Of a DNA stretch of 64,000 nt, positions 27,275 to 36,722 are shown in pieces (position 1 is the first letter of the stretch; each line of letters starts with the position of its first letter). Source of the DNA: an uncultured delta proteobacterium (lineage in GTDB: Bacteria > Myxococcota > B64-G9); NCBI GenBank assembly GCA_963754925.1, contig CAVWHX010000001.1, positions 96,001 to 160,000 on the forward strand, read 5' to 3'. The position numbers and the translations under genes are program-made. A model generated the notes under the pieces. The model was given only the letters and a program-made list of their open reading frames with translations. It did no database searches and had not been told where the DNA came from.

Positions 27275-28099
27275 CTATTGATACACGTGGGCGCTCTGGT
27301 CCGCGGTCGGCAGAAGTTGCATGCCCAGATAGGTAAAGAGGACCGCCCCAAACCCCAACACGACCAGGAAGGCAAGCCGTCTTCCGCGCCACTGGCTCAA
27401 GTAGTATTGGTGGAGGTAGGTGGCGAAAATCAACCACGTCACCAACGACCACGTTTCTTTGGGATCCCACACCCAGTAGTCGCCCCAGGCGTCCTTGGCC
27501 CAGGCGGCGCCTATCAGCAAACCCACGGTCAACAACGCAAAGCCGAAACGAACCGCTCCGTCCAGCAACGTCTCCAGCTGAAGCGTCTGACCGGCAAAAA
27601 GTTCAGGTCGCTTCATGGTAATGGGTTTGGGCCGTATCAGATACAACAGTGCGGCTCCGAAGGCCACAAAGAGTGCGGCATAACCAAAGAAGTAGACCAC
27701 GACGTGCGGAATAAACCAGCCGCTCTGAAGCGCCGGGGGGAGGTTCACGATATCTTTTTCTTCCTGAATCAAGGCTACCAGAATCACCGCAACGCAGCTC
27801 AGGCTCGAGGGCAACCCCAAGATGCGCGCTCGGTAGAGCCATTCCACCGCTAAATACACCACGGCGATACAAATCGCCAATAGTAACAGCGACTCATATA
27901 AGGTTTTGAACGGCGGCTGACCCGCTTCAAACCAACGGGTAACCAGCTGAAGCGCATTCACCGTAAGGCCCGCAGCCAGCAAAGCCGGGGCGAGTATGCG
28001 CGCCAAACGCGATGCTCTGAGCCAGAGTATGCCGTACAGGAGGGACGACAGGGCATACAACCCAAACGAAACCAAGGTTACTATCGAAGCCGATTGCAT
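27275..28099 (-). CDS. ccsA: cytochrome c biogenesis protein CcsA/ResC (System II)
   Basis: 'PPALQS.W...HV' and WWD motif 'WAKDAWGDYWVWDPKETWS'. Confidence 0.93.
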   Translation of the reverse strand: MQSASIVTLVSFGLYALSSLLYGILWLRASRLARILAPALLAAGLTVNALQLVTRWFEAGQPPFKTLYESLLLLAICIAVVYLAVEWLYRARILGLPSSLSCVAVILVALIQEEKDIVNLPPALQSGWFIPHVVVYFFGYAALFVAFGAALLYLIRPKPITMKRPELFAGQTLQLETLLDGAVRFGFALLTVGLLIGAAWAKDAWGDYWVWDPKETWSLVTWLIFATYLHQYYLSQWRGRRLAFLVVLGFGAVLFTYLGMQLLPTADQSAHVYQ

Positions 28100-30102
28100 T
28101 ATGCACCACCTTCCGCGGATCCGGCAGCGGATTTTTTACGCCTCAACAACGGGGGCAGCAACACCGCGCATATGACTCCAGAAGCGTTAAGTATCAGGCC
28201 CAGGTATATGAGCCAAAGCCCGGGATCTCGGACGACCTGAAAACCGGAGAACGTGAGGTCTTCAGGCCGGTAATCGGACTGAAAAAAACTGAATCCACGG
28301 TAGGTCAACGGGTGATTCACCTCAACCGTCGATGACAACACTTTGTGTCCTTCCGTGGTGACACTGAGCAAGCTCACATAATCCCGCACGGTATCGCCGC
28401 CTTTTGGGGCGAGCACCAGAACGTTGTCTTCCGACAGCCGAAGCGGCTCGCGCGGGGTGACGGACACGGTCTGCGGGTGACCTGAAACGCGCACCAGCGC
28501 CACCGGGTTATTCGGTTTGTCCGAGCGGTTGACGTCGCGCAGGGTTCGGCGCACGGCAGGATAGAGCGCGTGCATCGTGAACTTCTCGAACGGCTCGGGC
28601 AACGGCCGGTCCTTTTCCAGTTTGATCGTGGATGTTACTTCCCCCTGTTCAAGCCTCCATACCTCCTGTCGCTGCCCAACAATGATCGCCCGAACGTTCG
28701 AGACAGACCCTGCGGCGCGGTAATGGTAGGTTATTTTTAGCCGAGATAATTCGTTTTTCATTCCATGAAAATCCGGATAATTGGCAAACAACCAACCGTT
28801 ACCGACCGCACCATTCTTTGCGTCTTTCACCTCGATCTCGAGCGCCGGGTTGTTTGGTTCGTCGGAGCGTTCCGTCGGCTCCTTGGTGTTCTGATCCATG
28901 ACAAAATCCAAAAATGCGCGCTTGACTTCCACGTGCTGATCGGTTCCGGGAATGGGATAGGACCCGCCCGGTTTAACCGCGAACTCCTTGCCGCCGATAC
29001 TCAGGATATGTTCAGAAGACGCATCCCCATTACGATTCGCTTCCAAGAATTGATTTGCCCGCGCCGCCTCCCAGAAGAATTTCACATCCTGAGGAGCGTC
29101 GGCCTGCGAATTTCCACTGCGATCGTCAAACAGCCAGACGACGCCCTTCTGCTGTTGCTGCTCAAGTCCCAGCGCCGCAATGCCCGAATCTCCGGAATCC
29201 TCCGCGACCTCCCATTCCTGCGCGTAGTCGGGAAAATAGCTGACGGCATCGACGCCGTATGACCTTAATTTTTGGAGGTCCTTTTCCAAGACCGGATTCG
29301 CGGTGAGAAGCTTTTTCTCTCGTTCCCGCGATAGGTCATAGACCATCAATTCAAATTCTCGTTCGTAGTGAAGCACCCGAAAGTTGTCCAGACTCACCGA
29401 AAAACCCAGAGGCAACTCACGCGTGTTACCGTTCTCGGTCTCTATTGAAAAACGGTCCGACGATTCTCCTACATGGAGATTCAAGCGCCCCTTTATGCCC
29501 CAAACGATGCCTATGCTCGCGCCCGCAAGGATGAACAACACCCCAAGATGGGCGCCGACCGACCCGGCGTAGCGCAGCGTAAGACGACGCTTCCGCGCGA
29601 GCACCAGGGCGAGCCCGCCTGCCCCCATACCCAGGATCGACGAAAAACCGACGCTGTGAAAAATATTATTAAACAGAAGCTCGATCCACGGTTGACGGTG
29701 CGCACCCATCGGCGCGGCTACGGACGTTGTCTGAGGAATCAAGGTGCCGATGATGGAAAACACCGTTATTAAAACAAGCGCTGGCACGGCAAAGCGGTTT
29801 GACGAGAGGAAACGATGCCATTTCGGAGCAAAGCCGGCTACCAGTACGACTGTAAATAAGATCAAACCCAGGTCCACTGAAATCGATCGTTGTGGGGCCG
29901 AAAGCACAGTATTCATCATGACAAATAGGTGTTGAAGCACGGTCCCCACCACATACGCGGCGCCGAACAGGAAAAAAGCTAACCCCATTCCCTTGTGCGC
30001 TGAGTGGGCTTCCGATGGCCCTTGCGTCGCGCCGTTTTTCGTTTTTTCTGAATTTTCCTTCGTCGCGTGACGGTCAGAGCTCATACTGCCTCCCGGCTGC
30101 AA
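28099..30102 (-). CDS. resB: cytochrome c biogenesis protein ResB/CcsB (System II)
   Basis: 'IIGTLIPQ', 'AHLG...IL.G', 'VEVNHPLTYRGFSFFQSDY', 'DPG..LIYLG'; start uncertain. Confidence 0.85.
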   Translation of the reverse strand: MQPGGSMSSDRHATKENSEKTKNGATQGPSEAHSAHKGMGLAFFLFGAAYVVGTVLQHLFVMMNTVLSAPQRSISVDLGLILFTVVLVAGFAPKWHRFLSSNRFAVPALVLITVFSIIGTLIPQTTSVAAPMGAHRQPWIELLFNNIFHSVGFSSILGMGAGGLALVLARKRRLTLRYAGSVGAHLGVLFILAGASIGIVWGIKGRLNLHVGESSDRFSIETENGNTRELPLGFSVSLDNFRVLHYEREFELMVYDLSREREKKLLTANPVLEKDLQKLRSYGVDAVSYFPDYAQEWEVAEDSGDSGIAALGLEQQQQKGVVWLFDDRSGNSQADAPQDVKFFWEAARANQFLEANRNGDASSEHILSIGGKEFAVKPGGSYPIPGTDQHVEVKRAFLDFVMDQNTKEPTERSDEPNNPALEIEVKDAKNGAVGNGWLFANYPDFHGMKNELSRLKITYHYRAAGSVSNVRAIIVGQRQEVWRLEQGEVTSTIKLEKDRPLPEPFEKFTMHALYPAVRRTLRDVNRSDKPNNPVALVRVSGHPQTVSVTPREPLRLSEDNVLVLAPKGGDTVRDYVSLLSVTTEGHKVLSSTVEVNHPLTYRGFSFFQSDYRPEDLTFSGFQVVRDPGLWLIYLGLILNASGVICAVLLPPLLRRKKSAAGSAEGGA

Positions 30103-30178
30103 TCCTTGAACCTACTACTCTTCTCCGATATTCCCTTTCTTTGCAAGTACCGTCATCGATATTGTTCGGATCGTCGTG

Positions 30179-30204
30179 GTAGGGGCAGGGCTTGCCCTGC
30201 CCTC
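30179..30204. repeat. GTAG REP
   Basis: GTAGGGGCAGGGCTTGCCCTGCCC. Confidence 0.8.
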
Positions 30205-30233
30205 TAATCCTCGATAGTGTTGCAGGGGAGAAC

Positions 30234-30698
30234 ATGACCCGCAGGGTATCCAAAGAAGAAAGCGGCATTAGCCTCTCAGCACGGGGAGAGTGGTTTTTAC
30301 GTGGCGAGCCCTTCGAGAACGCACGCATTATCCGTTTGTTTCACCGGGCCATCCGCCGCGACGATGAGGGACGCTACTACCTCTACAATCTGCTCGGAGC
30401 GTTGGAGGAGCACGTCTATTTCGAGGTGGCGGACACCGCTTTTTTCGTTGAACGACTCGATTTCGATGAGGCAGCGAGATCGTTGAGCATTCACCTGAAC
30501 CATGGAGACAGAGAGACCCTCGACGTCAAAACGTTGCGCGAGGACGAACGAGGCGTCATGTACTGCCGGACCAAAAACGGCGACCGAGCGCGGTTTTCCC
30601 CGAGCGCGCTTATGAGGTTATCCGAATTCGTAAAAACACAAGACGAATGGATCTACATCGACGTCACCGGCGAAAAGGTCATCCTCTCTAAGATGTAG
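30234..30698 (+). CDS. DUF1285-like hypothetical protein
   Basis: 'G.WF..GEPF....I..LF...I.RD..G.Y.L.......EV.DTAFFV' resembles DUF1285; ATG follows GGGGAG. Confidence 0.55.
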   Translation: MTRRVSKEESGISLSARGEWFLRGEPFENARIIRLFHRAIRRDDEGRYYLYNLLGALEEHVYFEVADTAFFVERLDFDEAARSLSIHLNHGDRETLDVKTLREDERGVMYCRTKNGDRARFSPSALMRLSEFVKTQDEWIYIDVTGEKVILSKM

Positions 30699-30798
30699 GG
30701 GCGCTGCTTGCCGCGCAACAAATTGCATCGACGATGGTAGGGGCGCTGCTTGCCGCGCCCTGATTAGCGAATGAGGGCAGGGCAAGCCCTGCCCCTAC
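30695..30798. repeat. REP cluster between convergent genes
   Basis: two GTAGGGGCGCTGCTTGCCGCGC plus GGGCAGGGCAAGCCCTGCCCCTAC, nearly identical to 18742-18806. Confidence 0.85.
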
Positions 30799-30821
30799 GA
30801 CGTTTATGCCGTGATAAATTT

Positions 30822-32969
30822 TTATTCCCCTCGCAGCCTCACGTAATGTCCGGCTTGGCGCAGGACCTCGACGGCGCGCAGGGTGGTCGGCCGGTCGACA
30901 AAGGCCAGGCGCAACACCCCGTCTTCATCATGGCGAACCTTGAGGACTTGGATGTCGCAGATGTTGATCTTCTCGCGCGCCAACGAGGTGGTGACCGAGG
31001 ACAGGGCGCCCGGCTCGTCCATTATTCGAACGATGATCTCATTCTCGGGGCGCTGAAGTCCTTGCAGGTTGCGCGGTATGTTCAATCGATAGCGGGCGGC
31101 ATCCTCGAGCTCCGGCTTCAGTTTCTCCTCGGTGCCGAGTGAAGCTTCGATGGTATCCAAGGCCTGGCGCACCGCGGCCAACCGCTCCCGAATGGGACCC
31201 TGGTTGGTTGCCAGGACGTCTTTCCACACGCTGTACGGGCTTGAAGCAATCCGTGTCATGTCTCGGAATCCGCCCGCGGCGAAACGCAAGGTGAGCTCGT
31301 CGTCCATCCTCCCGGCGCTATTGCTCAGGGCCGCCGAAAGAAGGTACGGAACATGGCTTATGGCGGCGGCCAAGCGGTCGTGCCGAGCCGGATCGAGGAT
31401 TATCGGATTGCTTCCAATGCTTTTGAGAGCCAGGCTGAGTTTATTGACGTGATCCTCGGGAACGTCGCCCACCGGACATAAGGCATAGACTGCATCCTGA
31501 AACAAGAGCGGATCGGCCGCGGCTGCACCCCGACGTTCGGACCCGGCCATCGGGTGGCCGCCGATGAAGAAAACCCCTTTGGGCAATTTCAAAGCGGCAG
31601 CGCAGATTGTTTCCTTGGTGCCGCCGACATCGGTGACCAACGCGCCCTTTTTGAGGTATTTTCCGATCCAACCAAGCGATTCCAGAATTGTTTGAACCGG
31701 CGTGCATAAAATTACCAGGTCGGCGTTTTTCAATGCCTCGCCGATATGGTTCATTGAGAACACTTCATCGACGACCGAAGCATTGCGCACCGAATCGAGC
31801 GACCCTTCCCGAGCGACGCCGATAAGGCGCTCGACGGCGCGGGTTTCACGCAGACCGAGTGACAGCGAACCGCCGATAAGTCCCACGCCCACCACGACCG
31901 CCTGCTTGAATAACGGCTTCGGAAGCGGCTGGCGAAACGCCCGCGCCATCGCCGGCGGACGCCTGCGCACGGCCGGGGCAATGATGCGCATATCGGCCAT
32001 CATGGTTTGAAAATCGGTCGGTGTAAGCGACTGAGCGCCGTCACAACAGGCCGTATCGGGGTCCGGGTGCACCTCGACTATTACGCCGTCGGCTCCGGCG
32101 GCTATCCCAGCCCGCGCCATGGGTATCACGTGATCCCGTATGCCGGTCGCGTGGCTGGGGTCGACGATGATGGGTAAGTGGGTGACCTTGCGCAGCACCG
32201 GGATGGCCGAAACATCCATGGTGTTGCGCGTCCAGGGCTCGAAGGTTCGAATCCCGCGCTCGCAGAGAACTACCTGGGAATTGCCCCCCGCGACGATGTA
32301 CTCCGCCGCCATCAGCAGCTCCTCAAGGGTCGCCGAAATGCCCCGTTTGAGCAGTATCGGCTTGCGCGACGCCCCCAGCCTGGCCAACAGGCGGAAGTTT
32401 TGCATATTGCGAGCGCCGACTTGGAGCATGTCCGCGTACTGCTCAACCAGCTCAACGTCATTGGTATCGATGACTTCGGTAACGCAGGGCATATGCTGCT
32501 CATCCGCGGCTTCGCGCAAAAAACGCAGCCCTTCCTCGCCTAAGCCCTGGAAAGCGTAGGGGCTGGTTCGCGGCTTGAACGCGCCGCCCCTTAATATTTG
32601 CGCGCCGGCGGCCCTGACCGCCGCGGCGCCAGCGCGGACCTGCTCGCGGCTTTCGACCGCGCACGGGCCAGCGATGACGACGATCTCGCCGCCGCCGATT
32701 TGAACCCCGCCGACATTGACGATACTGCCTTCCGGACGAAATGCACGGTTGACCAGTTTGAACGGCCGCGCGATCCGAATCACCTCGCGAACACCCGGGA
32801 GAATCTCAAGGTCGCGGGGATCCACCTCGCGTTGCGGCGCCCCCACGGCGCCTAAGACCACTTGCTGTTCGCCGGATCGGTAGACTTTGTAGCCGTAAGA
32901 ACTGAGGCGCTCCTCAACCTGGGCGACGTGTTCGGGCGCTGCACCGATCTGCATGACGACAATCATCAC
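30822..32969 (-). CDS. aroF-tyrA: fusion of DAHP synthase (type I-beta, with N-terminal regulatory domain), prephenate dehydrogenase and ACT domain
   Basis: 'AGPCAVES', 'FKPRTSPY.FQG', 'DPSH', then 'VGVGLIGGS', 'TDVGGTK', 'GGHPMAGSE', 'HD...A.ISHVP', 'GGFRDMTRIA', and ACT 'DEPGAL'. Confidence 0.9.
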   Translation of the reverse strand: MMIVVMQIGAAPEHVAQVEERLSSYGYKVYRSGEQQVVLGAVGAPQREVDPRDLEILPGVREVIRIARPFKLVNRAFRPEGSIVNVGGVQIGGGEIVVIAGPCAVESREQVRAGAAAVRAAGAQILRGGAFKPRTSPYAFQGLGEEGLRFLREAADEQHMPCVTEVIDTNDVELVEQYADMLQVGARNMQNFRLLARLGASRKPILLKRGISATLEELLMAAEYIVAGGNSQVVLCERGIRTFEPWTRNTMDVSAIPVLRKVTHLPIIVDPSHATGIRDHVIPMARAGIAAGADGVIVEVHPDPDTACCDGAQSLTPTDFQTMMADMRIIAPAVRRRPPAMARAFRQPLPKPLFKQAVVVGVGLIGGSLSLGLRETRAVERLIGVAREGSLDSVRNASVVDEVFSMNHIGEALKNADLVILCTPVQTILESLGWIGKYLKKGALVTDVGGTKETICAAALKLPKGVFFIGGHPMAGSERRGAAAADPLLFQDAVYALCPVGDVPEDHVNKLSLALKSIGSNPIILDPARHDRLAAAISHVPYLLSAALSNSAGRMDDELTLRFAAGGFRDMTRIASSPYSVWKDVLATNQGPIRERLAAVRQALDTIEASLGTEEKLKPELEDAARYRLNIPRNLQGLQRPENEIIVRIMDEPGALSSVTTSLAREKINICDIQVLKVRHDEDGVLRLAFVDRPTTLRAVEVLRQAGHYVRLRGE

Positions 32970-33009
32970 GGCCTCCGTGGGTGAGAAACCTTGGCTAACG
33001 ATGTGCGTT

Positions 33010-33110
33010 GGGTGACGCCGAGCAGGGGGCCCCCCGCCGGCGCGGAATCATCGCGTTGATTGCGATGATGAGCACCGCCGGGGGATGCAAGGCGGCAGGA
33101 CCCAACGCAT
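33010..33110 (+). repeat. structured repeat A (inverted partner at 35180-35316)
   Basis: the 38-bp block 33010-33047 is the exact reverse complement of 35279-35316; GAGCACCGCCGGG and GGATG..AGGCG.CAGGACCC blocks are also shared. Confidence 0.85.
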
Positions 33111-33161
33111 TCCAGTAAAGCCATCCGAAATTCAAACGCCTCCATTCCAACGATTCGTTTT

Positions 33162-33977
33162 CTAATGTTCATTTCGTGTCGCCGCTTTCATCGACGTTAT
33201 AAAATCTTTCAGAGCGGGTAGTAAAGCCTTAATGTCGGAAGCGTGCTTTTCAATAATCTGAACCACCGCCGAGCCGCAAATTGCACCGGCGGCGCCGGAC
33301 TTAAGCACGTTGCGAACCTGATCCGGTGTCGAGATGCCAAACCCAATCAGGCAGGGGGGGGCGCCATAGTTCAGAAGCTTTGAGATGAACTCGGTGTGCT
33401 CGGTATGCACCGCCCGGTCGCTTCCGGTGACGCCGGTTCTCGTCACCACATAGGTGTACCCCCTCGAGAGTCGAGCGATTTCCTTGAGGTGCCGATCGCT
33501 GCAGTTCGGAGTAGCAATGAGTACCGAGTCGATGCCGTGGCGTTTGGCGCAGTCGGCATACGGCGGTGCTTCAACGGTGGGAACATCGGCCACCAATACC
33601 GAATCGATCCCCACCGCGGCGGCCTTTGCATAAAAGGCGTCGTGGCCCGATACCTCGACCAGGTTGGCGTACACCAAAAGGCCGATCGGCAAACGCGGAA
33701 AGCGCCCTCTGACGGCGCCCAGAATTTCCCAGGCGTCCTTAATGCGCACCTGCGAGGAAAGCGCGCGCATATCCGCCTTTTGAATGGTCGGTCCGTCGGC
33801 GACCGGATCGGAGAACGGAAAGCCGACTTCGAGCGCATCGGCGCCTTCTTTGGCCAGGGTCAGGAAAATCTCCAAACTGGCGGCCGGATCGGGGTCGCCG
33901 GCCACGGAGAACGGCACGAAAGCGCCCTCGTGGCGTTCCACGAGTGCGCCGAACATGGTTGCATAGCGGTCGGTCAT
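33162..33977 (-). CDS. trpA: tryptophan synthase alpha subunit
   Basis: 'EGAFVPF...GDP', 'LEVGFPFSDPVADGPTIQ', 'GFGIS'. Confidence 0.97.
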   Translation of the reverse strand: MTDRYATMFGALVERHEGAFVPFSVAGDPDPAASLEIFLTLAKEGADALEVGFPFSDPVADGPTIQKADMRALSSQVRIKDAWEILGAVRGRFPRLPIGLLVYANLVEVSGHDAFYAKAAAVGIDSVLVADVPTVEAPPYADCAKRHGIDSVLIATPNCSDRHLKEIARLSRGYTYVVTRTGVTGSDRAVHTEHTEFISKLLNYGAPPCLIGFGISTPDQVRNVLKSGAAGAICGSAVVQIIEKHASDIKALLPALKDFITSMKAATRNEH

Positions 33978-33995
33978 GGCGGTCCTCTCTTCGAA

Positions 33996-35159
33996 TCATG
34001 TACCCAAAACATGCGTCAGGTCCTTGTCGCCGCGGCCGGAAAGGTTGACCACGATAACGAGTTCTCGCTGTGCAGATTCGGCCATCCGAACCGCGTACGC
34101 GACCGCATGGGCCGATTCCAGGGCCGGAATGATGCCCTCGATCCGCGCGAGCTGTTTGAAGGCCGTAAGTGCCTCCCGGTCCGTGACCCCGACATAGGTG
34201 GCTCGACCGGTGGATTTCAAGTACGCGTGTTCCGGCCCGACGCCGGGATAGTCCAGCCCGGCCGAAATCGAATGGCTTTCAACGATTTGTCCGTCCGCAT
34301 CTTGCAAAACGTAGCTGCGCGCGCCGTGCAGGATGCCGATGCTTCCTTTTTGCAGGCTGGCGCCGTGCTCATTGGTGTCGAGCCCTTTGCCTGCCGCCTC
34401 AACGCCGATGAGCTTGACCTCGCCGTCGGGTATAAAATCGCTGAATATGCCGATCGCGTTGGATCCGCCGCCGACACACGCCACGACACAATCCGGCAGA
34501 CGCTTCTCGGCGGCGAGAATCTGTTCTCGAGCCTCCGTGCCGATGACGCGTTGAAACTCTCTGACCATCAACGGAAACGGGTGGGGTCCGGCCACCGTTC
34601 CCAACAGATAGTGGGTGTGCTCAAAATTCGCCGCCCAATCGCGCAGCGCCTCGTTGATGGCATCTTTCAGGGTTTGCGATCCCGTCTCGACCGGAATGAC
34701 CTTGGCGCCCAGCAGCTCCATCCGAAAGACGTTCATGCGCTGGCGCTGGATGTCCAAGGTGCCCATGTAGATGCAGGTCTCCATCCCCAGGAGGGCGCCG
34801 ACTATCGCGGTGGCGACGCCGTGCTGGCCGGCGCCGGTTTCGGCGATCAACCTGGTTTTGCCGGCTTTCTTCGCCAACAATCCCTGGCCCAAGACCTGAT
34901 TGGTTTTATGGGCGCCGCCGTGAACGAGGTCCTCGCGCTTGAGGTAGATGCGTGCCGGGGTGCCGGCACAAAGATTTCGACAGCGATAGAGCGGGGTAGG
35001 CCGACCGGCAAACGTGTGCAATAGATCATTCAATTCACGTTGAAATACTTCATCATGTTGGGCATCGAGGAACGCGGCCTCTAATTCCTCGAGCGCCGGC
35101 AGCAAAATCTGCGGCACATAAACCCCGCCAAATTCTCCAAAACGTCCGCTTTTTCTCAT
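33996..35159 (-). CDS. trpB: tryptophan synthase beta subunit
   Basis: '[14 protein letters not shown]', 'ETGAGQHG', 'GGGSNA', 'NLSGRGDKD'. Confidence 0.98.
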   Translation of the reverse strand: MRKSGRFGEFGGVYVPQILLPALEELEAAFLDAQHDEVFQRELNDLLHTFAGRPTPLYRCRNLCAGTPARIYLKREDLVHGGAHKTNQVLGQGLLAKKAGKTRLIAETGAGQHGVATAIVGALLGMETCIYMGTLDIQRQRMNVFRMELLGAKVIPVETGSQTLKDAINEALRDWAANFEHTHYLLGTVAGPHPFPLMVREFQRVIGTEAREQILAAEKRLPDCVVACVGGGSNAIGIFSDFIPDGEVKLIGVEAAGKGLDTNEHGASLQKGSIGILHGARSYVLQDADGQIVESHSISAGLDYPGVGPEHAYLKSTGRATYVGVTDREALTAFKQLARIEGIIPALESAHAVAYAVRMAESAQRELVIVVNLSGRGDKDLTHVLGT

Positions 35160-35179
35160 GAGTAACCTCTATTTCATGA

Positions 35180-35316
35180 TTCGCGCCGGGTCCTGACGCC
35201 TCACATCCTTAGAGACTGTTAGGGAACGAAGTGAGCTTACAGTCTCTTATCCTGTGTGGCCCGGCGGTGCTCACTTCGTTCCGCGCCGGCGGGGGGCCCC
35301 CTGCTCGGCGTCACCC
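35180..35316 (-). repeat. structured repeat B (inverted partner of 33010-33110)
   Basis: same blocks as repeat A but with different nested hairpins (GAACGAAGTGAGC..GCTCACTTCGTTC; AGAGACTGT..ACAGTCTCT). Confidence 0.8.
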
Positions 35317-36722
35317 GGCGCGTACGAATCTCTACTTCGCCTTGTTCCTCTTAGTGCAGCGAAAAAATCCATTAATAGTTTTGGATCTTTTCTTCCCGGA
35401 AAATGTTCTACACCAGAGTTAACATCCAGCGCCCAGGCACCCAGGGCGTCAGCTTCGGCCGCATTTGACGGATTCAAGCCACCGGCCAGGATGACATCAG
35501 CGCGCTGCGGGTACGAGCGCAGCAGGTTCCAATCGAAACTTTTGCCAGTGCCTCCAGAGCGGCCTTTCTCGTAGGCATCGAGAAGCAAGCGGTCGGCGCC
35601 GATCTCTTCCTTGGTCGGAATCGAATCTCGCACTCGACACGCCTTCCAAAGGGCGCACTCCGGCGGAAGGATTTGCCGAAGTCTCCGTATCGTTTCGGTG
35701 TTGTCGTTGCCATGAAGTTGCACGGCGCCGAGATTGTGCTCGTGAGCCATGCCGGCAACCACCTCGGCATCTTCATCGACAAACACCCCCACCCATTGGA
35801 GCGGGGCGGCCTTCCGAATCGTATGCGCTTGCTCGCGACTGACACAGCGGGGCGACTCCCGGGCGAATATGAGGCCTCCCCACGTTGCGCCGGCTTGCAA
35901 CGCGGCTTGCGCATCTTCAGGAGTCGTCAAACCGCAGGTCTTTACTCGCCCAAAAACAAGTTCCCGGGCGGCTCTTCCGATAACCGGGCTCTTCATCAGA
36001 GAACTGCCCACCAAAAAACCATCCACCAACGGTCGGAGGCGCAGCACATCCTGATGGTTGTTGATGCCCGATTCGCTTACCATCATCACGTCTTTCGGTA
36101 CCTTCGGAGCAAGCTGCTCGGTAACCTCGAGGTTGACTTCCAATGTTTTGAGATTGCGGTTATTGATCCCAAGCAACGGTACGCGATGTTTGAGCGCGCG
36201 TTCGAGCTCGAAGTGATCATGAACTTCAACCAGGGTATCCATGGAAAGACGACGCGCGACCCGAAGGCATTCGTCCAAAGTCCGATCGTCCAGCACCGAA
36301 AGCATTAATAACAGGGCATCAGCACCGTAGCGCCTGGCTTCATAAACCTGGTAGGGATCGACGACGAAATCCTTGCACAGTACGGGCAGCCGGGTGGCTT
36401 CTCTGACGACCTTGATGTATTCAAGTCGTCCTTTAAAGAAGGGTTCGTCGGTAACTACTGAGATTGCATCTGCAACAGCCGAGTATTCGGCGGTAATGGC
36501 GGCGGGATCAAAAGCGCCACGCAGCAGACCGTGGGAAGGCGAGGCCTGTTTGCACTCCATGATGAATCCGCACCGGGACTTTTGCAGCGCAGCACGCAGG
36601 CTGCGATTGCTCGGCGTGAGAGTTTGGATGAAGGTTTCTAACGGGGTCTCGCGCTTACGCTGTTCGACGGCCGGTCTTTTTGCGGCGATTATGCGCTCAA
36701 GCGCCACGGCTACACTCCGCAA
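35271..36722 (-). CDS. trpCF: bifunctional indole-3-glycerol phosphate synthase / phosphoribosylanthranilate isomerase
   Basis: 'ECKQASPS.G', 'LCKDF', 'GINNRNL', 'SESGI', then 'KTCGLT', 'VQLHG', 'LAGGL', 'DVNSGVE..PG.KD'. Confidence 0.95.
   Translation of the reverse strand: MRSVAVALERIIAAKRPAVEQRKRETPLETFIQTLTPSNRSLRAALQKSRCGFIMECKQASPSHGLLRGAFDPAAITAEYSAVADAISVVTDEPFFKGRLEYIKVVREATRLPVLCKDFVVDPYQVYEARRYGADALLLMLSVLDDRTLDECLRVARRLSMDTLVEVHDHFELERALKHRVPLLGINNRNLKTLEVNLEVTEQLAPKVPKDVMMVSESGINNHQDVLRLRPLVDGFLVGSSLMKSPVIGRAARELVFGRVKTCGLTTPEDAQAALQAGATWGGLIFARESPRCVSREQAHTIRKAAPLQWVGVFVDEDAEVVAGMAHEHNLGAVQLHGNDNTETIRRLRQILPPECALWKACRVRDSIPTKEEIGADRLLLDAYEKGRSGGTGKSFDWNLLRSYPQRADVILAGGLNPSNAAEADALGAWALDVNSGVEHFPGRKDPKLLMDFFAALRGTRRSRDSYAPGDAEQGAPRRRGTK

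Noticed and set aside
33396..35024. 542-aa plus-strand ORF
   Set aside because: Antisense shadow of trpBA with no recognisable motifs.
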